Shown here one piece after another: positions 22,020 to 33,849 of a DNA stretch of 64,000 bases. Location of the stretch: the NCBI GenBank assembly GCA_027923505.1, contig BROI01000014.1, positions 186,001-250,000 of the forward strand, in the 5' to 3' direction. Source of the stretch: Mayamaea pseudoterrestris. Taxonomy: Eukaryota. Position 1 is the first letter of the stretch. Every line of letters starts with the position of its first letter. A program made the position numbers and the translations under genes. The notes beneath the pieces were generated by a model. The model did no database searches and was not told where the DNA came from. It saw only the letters and a program-made list of their open reading frames with translations.

Positions 22020-23291
22020 ATGTGCGGCCCTGAAAGTAGCGACACGGAAATGGACTCAGGAATTCTCCTGAAACTACAGCAAGTGTTTCCCGATACTGCA
22101 TCATATCGTACAGAAGCGAGTATTATCCAAGCCAATGCACAAGGTTACAAGCTCGAACTGTTGCCGACTGGAAAGCGTGTCTTTTACAAGTGCATTGTAG
22201 CCTCCGACTTTCTTGAAACAAAAAAGGACTGGCCGGACCTTCGTCGCACGCTGATTTACGCACGCACCGAAGTACGGTTCTATAGCGAAATACTGCCAGA
22301 CTTGCAGAAACGTGGCTTTGACGCAGTTCCTCGCGTATTCCTGGCGCAATGCAGACTCGACGGATGGATCGACGAGACGGAACACGCCACTCAAGAGTGT
22401 AGCAAGGAAAATGCCGCAATCAACATTAAACAACTTTTGGAACCAGAAACCAAAGGCGGTTTTATACTTTTGGATTGCGTAGCTGATGCCCACTACTTTC
22501 AAGAATCTCCTCTAAGCATTGAACAATGCAAACTTTGCCTCGAGGCAGTCGCCAAGCTGCATGCATCGGCATGGCAAGATAAGTCGCTTCTTGAAAAGAT
22601 CAATGGATCGCTGTCAAGAGCGAGCTTCCATTTGCGAATGCGAAACCCCAAGGAGCTTGCTGGCATTGTAGATGCGTGGAATGGGTTTTATCGCGCCTTT
22701 GAAAAGCCTTTTGAAGACGAATGCAACCTTGTCTGGACGGATGCTTTGCGTGACATGGGACGAAGGACAAAAGCAGTGGCAGAGTATGTATCAGCAATCT
22801 TGTCGCCCTCACCATCGGATCGCTATGCAACGCTTGTTCATGGTGATTACAAGTCCTTGAACGTTTTCTTGCCGCGAGACCCTCTCACGCATAATGCCCT
22901 GCTAGTCGACTGGGCGTCGTGTGGCATTGGACTCGGGATGAGTGATGTGGCCATGCATATCCATCACGCTGTGTTGCCTCATTTGCTGGAAGAGGGCGGC
23001 GAGGAGGCGCTTGTGCGGCATTACTGGCAGCAACTGAATACCCTCACAAACTCCGAGTATGCATGGGACGAAGCCTGGAGGCACTACCAGTTTGGTGTGG
23101 TTGATTATTTTCGTTTCTTTTTGGCTCGCATGTGGAACGATGCGACGCCGGAATCTCTTGCTCAAAAGAAGGACAATAAGAACGTGAATCTTATCAATCG
23201 CGACCTTGCATCTGCCTGCGCTTTTCTTGTTGTAGCGGAAAAATTTATGACGACTATTGAAAATGAAATGGGATTGCAATGTGAACGTTAG
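22020..23291 (+). CDS. EcKinase/APH-like phosphotransferase
   Basis: EVRFY, AKLHASAW, TLVHGDYKSLNVF (Brenner motif), LLVDW. Confidence 0.88.
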   Translation: MCGPESSDTEMDSGILLKLQQVFPDTASYRTEASIIQANAQGYKLELLPTGKRVFYKCIVASDFLETKKDWPDLRRTLIYARTEVRFYSEILPDLQKRGFDAVPRVFLAQCRLDGWIDETEHATQECSKENAAINIKQLLEPETKGGFILLDCVADAHYFQESPLSIEQCKLCLEAVAKLHASAWQDKSLLEKINGSLSRASFHLRMRNPKELAGIVDAWNGFYRAFEKPFEDECNLVWTDALRDMGRRTKAVAEYVSAILSPSPSDRYATLVHGDYKSLNVFLPRDPLTHNALLVDWASCGIGLGMSDVAMHIHHAVLPHLLEEGGEEALVRHYWQQLNTLTNSEYAWDEAWRHYQFGVVDYFRFFLARMWNDATPESLAQKKDNKNVNLINRDLASACAFLVVAEKFMTTIENEMGLQCER

Positions 23292-23981
23292 AATTTTTGC
23301 AAACTTGCTACCTTCTTCGAGGAAACAAACTCGCACGAGATCGTTTACAAGGTTATCAGGCTACATTTCTCTCTCTCCACGCAACTATAAAATGGGTACT
23401 TCCTAGCGAAGAAAAACCTTGGCAAGAAGGGGCAACCGGTATGGCCGACGCATGATAATAAAAATAGGTTGATTCCGGCTTAACATATTGGTAGGTAGGC
23501 ACCTTCCCGGTACTGTACCGGCACATAGCTAATGCTATGAAGCCGGACCGCCGCAAATGGGTGGGTGTGCTTTCCATCAACACCAAGCCGTGACGCAGCG
23601 CCACTGCAACCCGAGGCGGGCTGCAAATCGCATTTGGAATGTGAAGCGCTCCATGCTATTCTGGTGGAGCTCATTGTTTATACACCACAAGCCTTGTGTC
23701 TTATGTGAGTCAACATTGTTTGTTCAAGGAGCCAGAGAGAATATTAGAGTTTGTCGCGAAATGCCGCTTTTTCCCAGTCACTGTATATCTGGCAGGCATT
23801 CCGCATCGCGATTATCGCACCTGCTGCATCGGTTTGCTTGGCTAACTTATTTGTGCTTTCCATAGCAAAGTTCGTTATATTAGTGTTGATATTTATATAT
23901 TTGCCATAGCTTTGATTGGAAGCCGGGGTGCTGCCTAACGAGCTGATAGTGGGATTGCAATTTAAAGCGCGCGGTGAGACA

Positions 23982-25392
23982 ATGCTAGACGGTAGTGAAC
24001 TTGCGCATGGTCTGCAGTCGGCTACCGGCGAAGAAACGGCAGATTTAAAAGACACTAGTAACGGCATGGCAACTATGAGTCGGTCTAGTGAAGATCTTTC
24101 GCCATCTTCCGTCGCAGATGCATCCAAAATACAGAATCATATCATGTTTAACGAGGCTGATAAGGCAAATGGCGCGTTCTTCGAAAAGGAATGTGGGAAA
24201 ACAAAGAGGAAGTACGCTAAGCGAACTTGCTTCGTTGGGGTGCTCGCTTCTCTTTCTGGTAATGATGTGGAACTGCAATTGAAAAAACGAAAACAAAGCG
24301 CGGCTAGCAGAGTAAATAGCAATACTACTAATCGCAAGGCCTCGAAGAAGGTAACGTTTCGCAAGCATTCAATTTCCAATCTTCTTCCTCGAAATGCAAC
24401 CACGGTCAAACAAACTATCGATGTCAAGCTGGATGATAAGCCAAGTCAGCCAAAGGAATACGGTACTAAGGGTGGGGCAGAACGTCGGCGTCGGAGCAAG
24501 CGTGAACGCCATTTACCGCAGAAGCTGGGGCCATCAGAGTTAACGCAAGAAGTGAATGATTGGGATGTGGTCTTTGGTAGGCGAAATCACGGAACACATT
24601 TGGTGGGGAACCAATTACTGTTCAAGAGACTGTGCGAAAGCATGGATGACCGTCTTGGCGAAACAGGGTAAGTTGGTTAAGAGACGTTGCGATAACCTTA
24701 CAACTGCTTTGAGTCAATCTTATGTAATGTTCGATCCCGCCTTAAGTGTCGAGAAGTTGCGCTTAGTTGCAGACCAGGCTATCAAAGAAGTCAAGGACGC
24801 TGGTGGGCGCTTCCTAGAATTTCAGACCCTGTCATACCATGTCAGTGTCAGCAACTCAGTTGCTTTTGATCATATCTTTAACTTCTTACAAGAGTTACAA
24901 GTTATGCGGCAGCGACAAGTTTTTGACGAAGACAAGGCTATTAGAACCTTAGGTGCCACAACAGAAATGGCAGAGGCCTGTCAAAAGCAGCTAACGTCGC
25001 CATCGCAAAGTGTCGCCACGAGCACGCGCGAATCGATTGAGGCTCATCTTGATGATCATGATCAAATTCGCGCTAGCTCGTCATCCGAAGAAAAGGAATC
25101 ACAGGTCGTGTGTTCAGCGGAAAAAATTGAAACAGTCGAAATAGGCTCGATTATCAGCGTATTTTGGCCGTTAGATCAGCGGTCTTACGCCGCCTTGGTA
25201 TTGGATAAGGACGGAAACTCTGCTCAGTTGCGATACTTGGATGATGGATTGAGCGAATGGATTGATTTATCAAAGAACTGGTTTGATGTCGCGGAAGAAA
25301 ACGGAATGGATCTATTGCAAGCTGGCTCCCCTGGTTCGGCTGCAATGAAGAATGCTACCGATGACGATTCAGATAGTTTCTACGATTGTTAA
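23982..25392 (+). CDS. DUF6824-like plus C-terminal Tudor-like domain protein; intron 24668-24746
   Basis: DVVFGRRNHGTHLVGN...VKDAGGRFL; IGSIISVFWPLDQRSYAALV...YLDDGLSEWIDL; a GTAAGT..AAG intron joins the two ORFs in frame; start codon uncertain. Confidence 0.75.
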
Positions 25393-25549
25393 AAAGTAAT
25401 CGAGTTCTAAAAATTAGATAAATGAGCAGATACGATTTAGTAGTGCTTGCGCGTACATGCATTCGTATTAACGTCCACACATGTTGCGCGGCTGTTTTGG
25501 GCACAAGCATGCGTTCAAAGTATAGCGCTTTCGCATGCTGAAGAAACAC

Positions 25550-27028
25550 TTATTGAAATCTAAAATGCACTCGTTGCCCCTGCTGTTGCCCTCCTTGTTG
25601 ATGGAAGAATCGGAACGGATCTGTATGATGACCGCCGCCGCCACCACCTTGGTTTTCAAAGACTTGCTCGCCCCGGTCAAACTTTGCTCGAAGTTCTTCA
25701 TCCGAAAGCACCTCATATGCTTCGCCAATATCTTGAAACATGCTGTCGGCTTGTTCCTTGTCCTCGGCGGAGACCTTGTCGGGATGCCACCGCAGTGCCA
25801 GCTCCCTGTATGCCTTTTTGATTTCCTTTTGCGTGGCACTCCTCGAAACCTTTAGAATCTTGTAGTAGTTCTTTTCCTTGGACTGCTTGAGCGCCACTCG
25901 CGCCTGCTGCAGTTTCTCTTGCGCCTCCTTCTTTTGGGTTTCGTCCACGGCAAACTCGACGGCGCGATGAAAGGTGTGCACGGCAACTTCCCACTGGCCA
26001 GCGTCTTGCTGGGCCTGACCGAGTGCGTAAATGCCTTCAATAGTTTCCTCCTCCTCCAAATATTGTTCAATTACTGCCAGTGCTTGCGCGTGTTGCTCGG
26101 CATTGGAGTATGCTTTGGCGAGTCGTAGCATGTTTGGTCGGTGCAGCATGCGATTGCCCGGATCAATGTCAATCGCCGCTTGTAAATGTTCAGCCGCTCC
26201 AGCAAAGTCTCGCTTGTCATTGGCTTCGTCAGCCTTTTTCAGCTTCTTCTCAATCGATTTGATCAGCTTATGCCCTTGCTTGCAGTCCTTGTGCTCGGGA
26301 TCAAGCTTGAGTCCTTGTCGATAATGAATGGCAGCATTCTGCAAATCGCCAAGCTGGTAAAAGGCGCTTCCTCGTAGATAATAGGCTTCCACGTGATTGG
26401 AATGCTGCTTCAGCAGTTTACCCGTTTCACTAATGCAGCCATAGTAGTCGGAACTGTAGTATAGCGACTGCGCGCGCGGCCAAATCAAGTCGCTCGCGAC
26501 AAGGTCGACGAACTGCAGGGCCGCATCGTATAGTGCGGCTGCCTCCGCGTAACGTTGCTGCGTATATGCTTCGTTGGCGCGCTGAATGACGCTTTGACAT
26601 TCCAAGGCGCGTTGATAGTCGTGATCACTCTCGTTTGTTTGCTGCGACTGATATTCCGCCACGGCTCGATCGCACTGTCCAAGTTGCACCAACAGTTTGG
26701 CCTTGGTCGACGCATGCGCCTTGTCTAGAGTGGCAGCCTGCGTAATGGCATCCAAGGCATCCATGTAGTTTCGCCTTCGACTTAGTATTTTATATAGCTT
26801 GTGGTAATTGATGGCATTGTCTGGTTCCAGTTGAATGGCACGTTTGAGCATGGAAATGGCTTTGTCGCTGCCGCCGCTCGCCATGGCCTCGTCGGAGCCG
26901 GACCGGAGCTTCCCGGCCGACCACGTGGAATAGTCGGGTTCTGGTACTGCTTGAGCGGAGCATGACGATGATGATGATGATATCAGTGCTAGCCAAAGGA
27001 CCGTGTATCGAAGGACTTGCAGCGTCAT
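25550..27028 (-). CDS. DNAJC3: ER co-chaperone DNAJC3/P58IPK (TPR repeats plus J domain)
   Basis: Signal peptide, several TPRs ([10 protein letters not shown]), [12 protein letters not shown]...WHPDK...AYEVLSD. Confidence 0.92.
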   Translation of the reverse strand: MTLQVLRYTVLWLALISSSSSSCSAQAVPEPDYSTWSAGKLRSGSDEAMASGGSDKAISMLKRAIQLEPDNAINYHKLYKILSRRRNYMDALDAITQAATLDKAHASTKAKLLVQLGQCDRAVAEYQSQQTNESDHDYQRALECQSVIQRANEAYTQQRYAEAAALYDAALQFVDLVASDLIWPRAQSLYYSSDYYGCISETGKLLKQHSNHVEAYYLRGSAFYQLGDLQNAAIHYRQGLKLDPEHKDCKQGHKLIKSIEKKLKKADEANDKRDFAGAAEHLQAAIDIDPGNRMLHRPNMLRLAKAYSNAEQHAQALAVIEQYLEEEETIEGIYALGQAQQDAGQWEVAVHTFHRAVEFAVDETQKKEAQEKLQQARVALKQSKEKNYYKILKVSRSATQKEIKKAYRELALRWHPDKVSAEDKEQADSMFQDIGEAYEVLSDEELRAKFDRGEQVFENQGGGGGGHHTDPFRFFHQQGGQQQGQRVHFRFQ

Positions 27029-27353
27029 GGTGGCGATGGGCGAACAATGCACAGTGACCAAAAAGCGAAACGAACGAACGGTTGTGAAAAAGGTACGTCA
27101 TCAAAATGTCGCACTGGTTTTCGCTCATTGTCGCACAGGTTTTGATTGATTTCTCCGCAACTTTTTACCACGATGTGCGGACGCGACGATGACCTTCCAT
27201 TGACGCGCTCATTACTTTAGTTGAGCTGCGGCAGTACTGCTACCTATACATAGATATCGCCAACAGAATACAGCATTTATCACCGCTTGCTTGTAGTTAT
27301 ATACATCTCATTTTCTCTCCACCCTCATATATATATACACCATCGCCCAATCA

Positions 27354-29296
27354 ATGTCAAGCAGCCGCCAAATCACTGAAGCGCTCCAGGAGAAGGACGA
27401 TGAAATCAATCACCTCCACGACAAGGTGCAAGCACTCACGGCGCAACTCGCTTCGGCGCTCCAAAGCAACGACAAGTCCGCCTCCAAGCGCCGCCACCAT
27501 CCCCTATCGCCGCACACGATGAACGTGCGCGAAGTGCAAACCACCGCCAACAAGCGCACCATTCACGCGCAGCGCGAGCGCCTCGGCCGCAACGCCAGCA
27601 TCACCACGCAGCAAATACTGGATACGTTGGCGACGGCGCCCGAGTCGCAGCAGGCGCCGAGTCCGATTCAACGCATCATGGACATGTTTGCGCATCCGGC
27701 GCACTACATGGACTACTTGAACTCTGACTTGTTCGCCAAGGATTTGTTAAAGCTGGCATGCAAGATTCGATACTCACTCGAGAAGGAACCTCGAGTTGTG
27801 TTTATACAGAGTCCAGTCTATGTGCTGGGGGATATTCATGGGAATATTGAGGATTTGCACTTTTTTAGTGACAATATTTGGAGACTGGGAATGAGTCTGA
27901 CGGCTGGGAACTTTTTGTTCCTAGGCGAGTTCAACGAGATGTTATGTCGTGACGCCCTTTTTCTACTTTATTCTAACGTAACCGTTTCGTTTTGTTGTTA
28001 TTCAACAGGCGACTACGTTGATCGCGGATTAAACTGTCTCGAGTGCGTGGCATACTTGCTAGCCATGAAGTATCAAATGCCAAACAAGGTATTTTTGCTC
28101 CGAGGCAACCACGAGACGCGCGATGTCAATGGATGGTATGTATATGCGCTGCGTTGCATCTGCATTGCACCAGAGTGAATTCTATTTGTAATTTGACGTT
28201 CAGTTTTTTTACTAAAAAGGTTTCTTGTCACAGGGAGGAACATTACGGCGAACGTTCCTTCATTTACCAGTGCCGCACTCGATTCGGCGATGACTTGGGA
28301 TACCGCGTATGGGAAGGATGCAACCAGGTCTTTGATCGCTTGCCATTGGCGGCCGTCATTGACCAGGACATTTTCTGCGTTCATGGAGGGATTCCTCGGC
28401 CCGTGGGTGTCAATACGACGCGCATTCAGGATATTTTGGCGGTCCCTCGCGTGGCTGGCATTAATCCGCCCTACGAGCATGAGGATGATTTGTATCAGCA
28501 GGTTGCGTCGGATTGCGTTTGGAGTGATCCAGCAAGCGAGGAACAGGAAATGACAACTGTGAATCCTCAAACTGGTTTTGGCCAGTCGCTGCGAGGAGGC
28601 GGCGCCATTTGCTTTGGAAATAAGGCAGTGACAGACTTTTTAAAGCAGCACGAATTGTCTTTCATCATGCGCGCGCATGAGGCGCATGCCGATGGAGTCG
28701 GAATTGGCAAGGGAGCTCGAGTGTTTACAGTCTTTTCCACCTCACAGGACCACAACCAAGGGGCGCAAGCCATGGCGGGTTGTCTCTTGGTTGATAACGA
28801 GAAGATTCAGGTTATTAATCGCTCTCCAGCTTACAAGAATCAGTACGTGCACCGTCGCGACTCGGTGAGTGTATCAAACTTGCCGCCGGATGAGCTGCAA
28901 AAGCGTATGAAGCTTGGCCTTGTCACAACTCCGGCTGCTATGGAGCAAGATGACTCGTCCGAGGAAGAGACGGAGGAAGAATGGATGGATCTTGAAGACA
29001 ACAATCAGCAGCAAGAGCGGGAATCAATGGCGTCCAATAGTAGCAAGGGCGACTATGTCTTTGATGCACGTCGTCGGTCCTCGATTGACCTGGGTAGCTT
29101 AAACGACAACTTTCAGACCGACATGCAACTGACGAATGAGACATCGGGTAGTTTGGCGGAAGCGGAGCCAGATAACAAGCGAATGCGAAGTAAGCGGCCA
29201 TCTGTCGCATCCATTCAGGAAATGGGCGAAGGCCAAAGTGATAGCGACGTTGACACGGTGAATGGCGACGAGGAGGTAAATCTACATTACGCATAG
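27354..29296 (+). CDS. PPP-family Ser/Thr protein phosphatase with N-terminal coiled coil; introns 27925-28008 (GC-AG) and 28136-28233
   Basis: GDIHG, LG|DYVDRG, RGNHE, HGG, WSDP, RAHE, TVFS; splicing restores the motifs. Confidence 0.9.
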
Positions 29297-29399
29297 CTGC
29301 TAGTGACGATTAGAGAGTGACGAGAGAAAGGCGGAAGACAACATTTAGCGTCATGCAGTGCAAGCAAATTTAGGCTAGATACAATATCCAGGCAGGTCG

Positions 29400-29816
29400 T
29401 TAATCCTGATGTAGTATGCTTGCTTCTTTCTCTCTATCTTGTTGCTCCTTCAAAGTCTTCTCACCGATTCCTCCCGCATGTTTCTTGAACCAGTCGTCAC
29501 TCTTCCATACTGCTTCGTTGCTTGCCGATAGTTTATTAACTTGGTTCGGCTGTGCTAGACTGACCTTGAGAGTTCGTCCCAGCAACTCGCTGCCATTCAA
29601 ATTGAATATAGCTTCTTCCGCATCATCAGCATCCTCATATTCCGTAAAGGCGAATCCTCGATGAACGCCTTTTGCATAATCCATGGGCAGTTCTACACTC
29701 TTGATTGGTCCAAACGGAAGCATTGCAGCATGCAAAATGTCGCTCGTTGCTTGGTCGGCAATACCGCCAACGTAAACAACTCGCTTGCTGGAAAGAGTTG
29801 ATGCATCGAGCGTCAT
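29400..29816 (-). CDS. Single-RRM protein similar to the cyclophilin E (PPIE) N-terminal RRM, without a PPIase domain
   Basis: VYVGG (RNP2), HRGFAFTEY (RNP1), AIFNLNGSELLGRTLKVSLA, AVWKSDDW. Confidence 0.85.
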   Translation of the reverse strand: MTLDASTLSSKRVVYVGGIADQATSDILHAAMLPFGPIKSVELPMDYAKGVHRGFAFTEYEDADDAEEAIFNLNGSELLGRTLKVSLAQPNQVNKLSASNEAVWKSDDWFKKHAGGIGEKTLKEQQDREKEASILHQD

Positions 29817-30202
29817 GTGACTTTTGAGATATAAGTCAAGTAAAAAGGTCGCGTCCGTGCAGCACTTTGACCGTTTGCAATAAAGTTGAAGCAGCAACAA
29901 TATACAGAACTCTAAAGTAGATGTAAGTTGTAACGTGACGACGACGACACGGATGTGCATGATACGAAAAAGTCGCACCGGTTTAACGAACATCTTTTAC
30001 TGTTCGGATCCTACCATGACAAGAAGCAAAAACATAAAGTCTCGCACGTCATGCCAACCAGCTACGTAGCATCGTAAAATATAAAAAGGTGCCTGGAGTG
30101 GCTTTTTGATACTCGATAAATGTTCATTTCCGTCTACAAACATTGACATGACAAATAATGTAAACGGCGGATCACTCGACAAAGAGCAAGCATCGTATAT
30201 CT

Positions 30203-31471
30203 TTACGCAGATGTAAGCAGCATTTGTCCCTTGCCGTTTGTCTGTTTGGCCTTTGACTTGCCATTTTCGAGCGCAAGGTGCTTTTTCTTTTCACCTTCAA
30301 TTGCCAGATTCTTGTTTTTGTCAGCTTCAATGGCGAGTTTCTTCTTTTCGCCTTCAATTTGGGCGAGTTTCTTGGGATCCTTGCCTGGAATGCCGGTTCG
30401 CTGCACACACTTTTCAACTGTGCCGTCTGGTCGAGTGATTGTCGTTGTCGTGACGGTGCTGCCATCCGCAGCCTCTTCAACGGTGACTTCCATGCTAATG
30501 GGACGGTTATCGTGACCTTCCGGCTCGCCGTCGTGTTCGACAATGCTTGTCTCGTTGTTTCGTAACGCGAGTGCCTTTTCGTCGGAGGGCTCCTTCTTGT
30601 TTTTACTGCTGAGCACCATTGCAGTCTCCTTGGAAGGAGTCTTGCTCGCCGCTGGTGCTTTTGGCGGTTGCATCACTTTTGCCTTCGGAGCATTCGGTTG
30701 TCGCGTAGTCGTCGTAGGTCGAGCTTGCGTCGCTTCTTTCTCGACACCTTTTCCATTGGCAGGAACCTCTAGGTCGGATTTCTTGTCTTTCTTCCCAAAG
30801 AGTCTGGCAAAGAAGCCTTTTTTCTTTTTCTTCGTGTCGTTGTTATTGCCACCATCTCTCTCAGCGTCAGCAGATGCCGCAGCACTATCATCGCCATTGC
30901 CATCACCTGCCTGTCCATTCTCCAGCCGAAGTATTTCGCCCTTCTTCTTTGATCCATCTTTTCCTCCAATCTGCTTGTCTCCGCCATTGCCGCCACCGCC
31001 GACTCCTCGCTTGTCAATCGTTTTCAATTCCGTTACACCCTCTCGTTTCGAAAAGATGTGCGTATCGAGGGATACGACATCAGCAACTGCACCAGGGTAA
31101 GGCCTTCCAAACTGAAGCTCAAAGTCTCGTTTCCAAACTTCATAAGGATCGCTCGGGTTGAATTTGAATCCGCGAGGTTTCTTCTTTCCGTCGCCGCCGC
31201 CGCTTCCAGATGTTGCTCCACCAACGACAGATCCGCCACTTCCGACTTCTCGGTCCCATTCCTTGCGCATTGTCGGATCAGTCAATATCTCGTAGGCTCC
31301 AGAAATGTCGGTAAAGAGCTTGGTGGCAGCCTCGCGCTCGTTTGGGTCCGACTTGCGGTCCGGATGATGCAGGAGCGCCAGTTTTCGGTACGCCTTCTTT
31401 ATAGTAGCATCATCAACGTCCTTGGCTACTCCAAGCACCTGGTAAGGGTCCTTGTCATAGGTCGTGGTCAT
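30203..31471 (-). CDS. J-domain protein with long charged disordered C-terminus
   Basis: DPYQVLGV...IKKAYRKLALLHHPDR...AYEILTD. Confidence 0.9.
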   Translation of the reverse strand: MTTTYDKDPYQVLGVAKDVDDATIKKAYRKLALLHHPDRKSDPNEREAATKLFTDISGAYEILTDPTMRKEWDREVGSGGSVVGGATSGSGGGDGKKKPRGFKFNPSDPYEVWKRDFELQFGRPYPGAVADVVSLDTHIFSKREGVTELKTIDKRGVGGGGNGGDKQIGGKDGSKKKGEILRLENGQAGDGNGDDSAAASADAERDGGNNNDTKKKKKGFFARLFGKKDKKSDLEVPANGKGVEKEATQARPTTTTRQPNAPKAKVMQPPKAPAASKTPSKETAMVLSSKNKKEPSDEKALALRNNETSIVEHDGEPEGHDNRPISMEVTVEEAADGSTVTTTTITRPDGTVEKCVQRTGIPGKDPKKLAQIEGEKKKLAIEADKNKNLAIEGEKKKHLALENGKSKAKQTNGKGQMLLTSA

Positions 31472-31873
31472 ATTTTACTCAATGGTAGGCTCTAGGCAAG
31501 AGGAGTGTGAGGGGTTTGAGGGGATCGACGATTAAAATGAGTGAGGACGAACGACCACAGGGTCATCCGTGCAGTCATGCGAAAATCGAAATGACCGAGT
31601 CCCGCTACGACCCAAATTTTCTTCACATTGGTCTTTGACAATCCAAAGCAAAGCATACCCCATAACTGCAAGTATAGAATGTACTGTATGGCAATAAACT
31701 TGCGGGACGATACTGACATGCAGCGGCATAGCGAAGTCCTAGATCAAGACTAAGTGTAAACATTTCTTGTTGGAGTCGCGAAAGAAGCAATCTGAGCTTC
31801 ACGCACATACTGAGTTGAGCTGCGTACATAAATATGGAAACAATCTAATCTCAAAAACTGTATTAAGCAATCC

Positions 31874-32605
31874 TCAACGTAGCAGTAGCCATGCTGAAGT
31901 GAGAGCCGCCGCCGTAAGTCCAACCCAAGACCTCAGAAGCTGTTCCGCGCCACTAGGGCATGTTCCTTCACTCCCAGCCGGAACGTCATCATAGTAGCTC
32001 AAGAAACTACCAATTGGCCCGACCGCAGCACATGTCTGAATCGCATCCTCCTTGACGTTGCAGCAATTGACCGTAATGGATGTTGTGTTTGTCGTTGGGT
32101 TTCGTTTGTCGACACATTCTGTGCAACTGCTGCACAAGTCTCCATTTAAGGTAGCAGCGCATTTTTGAATAGTTCCAAAGTTTCCTAGCGTCCCGGGAAA
32201 TACTTGTACACAAGTGACCAAGTCTGCAGCTGTTGTACTATTGGTGCAGCTGGTTGTCACTCGCGATTGTTGATTGGATGTGACGACAAGTTCCACCGTT
32301 CGTATGAAGCAAGAACTTTGATCGGAATTACAAGTTTCGCCAACGTCTGTGCAAAATACCTTAACGTCAATAGTACCGAATCGTTCGCAGGTGCATGTCA
32401 TGATGCCCGTTTGGGCTTGGTTGAGTTGTGCGCAAATCTCGTCGGGTTGAGCGACGGCTGTGTTGTCGTCGAGCCGTCGAATGGCATTTCGAAATCTGAC
32501 ATCATCACGAGCCCATGCCAGTAAATCATCTCGCCCATCGCCAATGACTAAAGCGTGCGCAATATGCAGCCACGCCAAGAGGACTGTGAGAATAGTATAC
32601 CGCAT
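31874..32605 (-). CDS. Secreted Cys-rich protein, probably GPI-anchored
   Basis: Signal peptide, RRL motif, many regularly spaced Cys, C-terminal SGA plus hydrophobic tail. Confidence 0.78.
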   Translation of the reverse strand: MRYTILTVLLAWLHIAHALVIGDGRDDLLAWARDDVRFRNAIRRLDDNTAVAQPDEICAQLNQAQTGIMTCTCERFGTIDVKVFCTDVGETCNSDQSSCFIRTVELVVTSNQQSRVTTSCTNSTTAADLVTCVQVFPGTLGNFGTIQKCAATLNGDLCSSCTECVDKRNPTTNTTSITVNCCNVKEDAIQTCAAVGPIGSFLSYYDDVPAGSEGTCPSGAEQLLRSWVGLTAAALTSAWLLLR

Positions 32606-33083
32606 GGTGAGGAAAAAGACGGCAAGTGTTGGGGTGGATGTGTGTGATGCCAGTTTAAATTCGATAAAATGTCGACGACTAAATTTTTAGCCGTCATTGA
32701 GCAAGGCAGTGCGACTCCGCCTACTTCGAGGTGGGAGACTCCGCGCTGCCAAGATTAGTGAATGGGCAGAACAAAACTTAGCTACCAATACTGTACCGAT
32801 GTTATCACCTGATTGCATACTGACATACGATTGGAGAAGAAGGCATCGTGCGTGCTACTCATTGTTTGGAAAGATTCATACTTAAAGGCGAACGGGGAAT
32901 TTCTACGGCCTATGAAGTGGAATGCAAATCCGGGGATTAAAAAGGCGTGTCATCATGCACCTATATTCATTACTCTGCAACTTATTAGACACGTCCTTTC
33001 AACAACAACAGCTTTTACAGTAGTTATCGTCTCATCGTCAAGCAAACAAATGGCATAGCATAGCGCTGCTGTTCTTCATCTCT

Positions 33084-33674
33084 TTAAAGCTTGGTCAACA
33101 TGGCAGGCGCCCACGTGTTGCTGGTTTCGGGCTCGGCGGAAAAGAAGTGCGTCACTTTTCCGTTTTCCGCAATCAAACTAAAGCGCTTGGTGCGAATACC
33201 AACAGGAGTCTCCATGACGAGTCCCAAAGCCTTGGTCAATTCACCATTGGCGTCGGCAAGGAAGCGAATGCCAGCGTCGCTGCCGCCACTGGTGCGGCCC
33301 CAAGCTTCCATCGTGTAGGGATCATTTGTAGCGACGCAGATTGTAAGGTCGATTCCCTTCTCCTTGAGGTCAGGTTGAGCAGTGATGAAACTTGGAAGGT
33401 GGCTTTTGCTGCAACCAGGAGTGAATGCGCCTGGAACGCCAAATATGGCAACCTTCTTGTTCGCAATGAGATCACCAAGCTTGACCGACGAAGGTGTTTC
33501 GCCAACAACTGTAAGCTCCTTCATTTCAATATTGGGGAGGGTGTCTCCCTCTTTGACTTCGTTTTGAGCAGCGAGCGACATTTTGAAAGCTGAGGTCTGT
33601 TTGATGGGAACGAACGAGTAGGAAGGTGCAATGGCAAGGAGGAGGACTGCAGCGATGGAGGAAATGAACTTCAT
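33084..33674 (-). CDS. Type II peroxiredoxin (Prx5 family), plastid-targeted
   Basis: FGVPGAFTPGCSKSHLP, NDPYTMEAW, RTKRFSL; signal peptide plus SYS|F. Confidence 0.93.
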   Translation of the reverse strand: MKFISSIAAVLLLAIAPSYSFVPIKQTSAFKMSLAAQNEVKEGDTLPNIEMKELTVVGETPSSVKLGDLIANKKVAIFGVPGAFTPGCSKSHLPSFITAQPDLKEKGIDLTICVATNDPYTMEAWGRTSGGSDAGIRFLADANGELTKALGLVMETPVGIRTKRFSLIAENGKVTHFFSAEPETSNTWAPAMLTKL

Positions 33675-33841
33675 GCGATACCAAGGATATAATTAGCGAA
33701 GAGTCTCTTGAGAATGGACAGGAAGGTGGAGTCGGAAGGTAGAGTGGATGAATATGCAAGCAGCAACCATCCAAGTCAGCAAGATCCAAGATCCATCTTC
33801 GATCGTTCGTCGGAGTTCGAATGATGATTGCGCGCTACTAC

Positions 33842-33849
33842 TGACGTCA
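33842..33849. promoter_or_regulatory. TGACGTCA bZIP/CRE-like palindrome in the Prx / S21 divergent promoter
   Basis: Exact CTGACGTCAT roughly midway between the two start codons. Confidence 0.4.

Noticed and set aside
23474..23547. Canonical tRNA gene (apparent CTG anticodon)
   Set aside because: No TTCRA T-loop/B-box and no proper D-stem; kept only as a structured-RNA candidate
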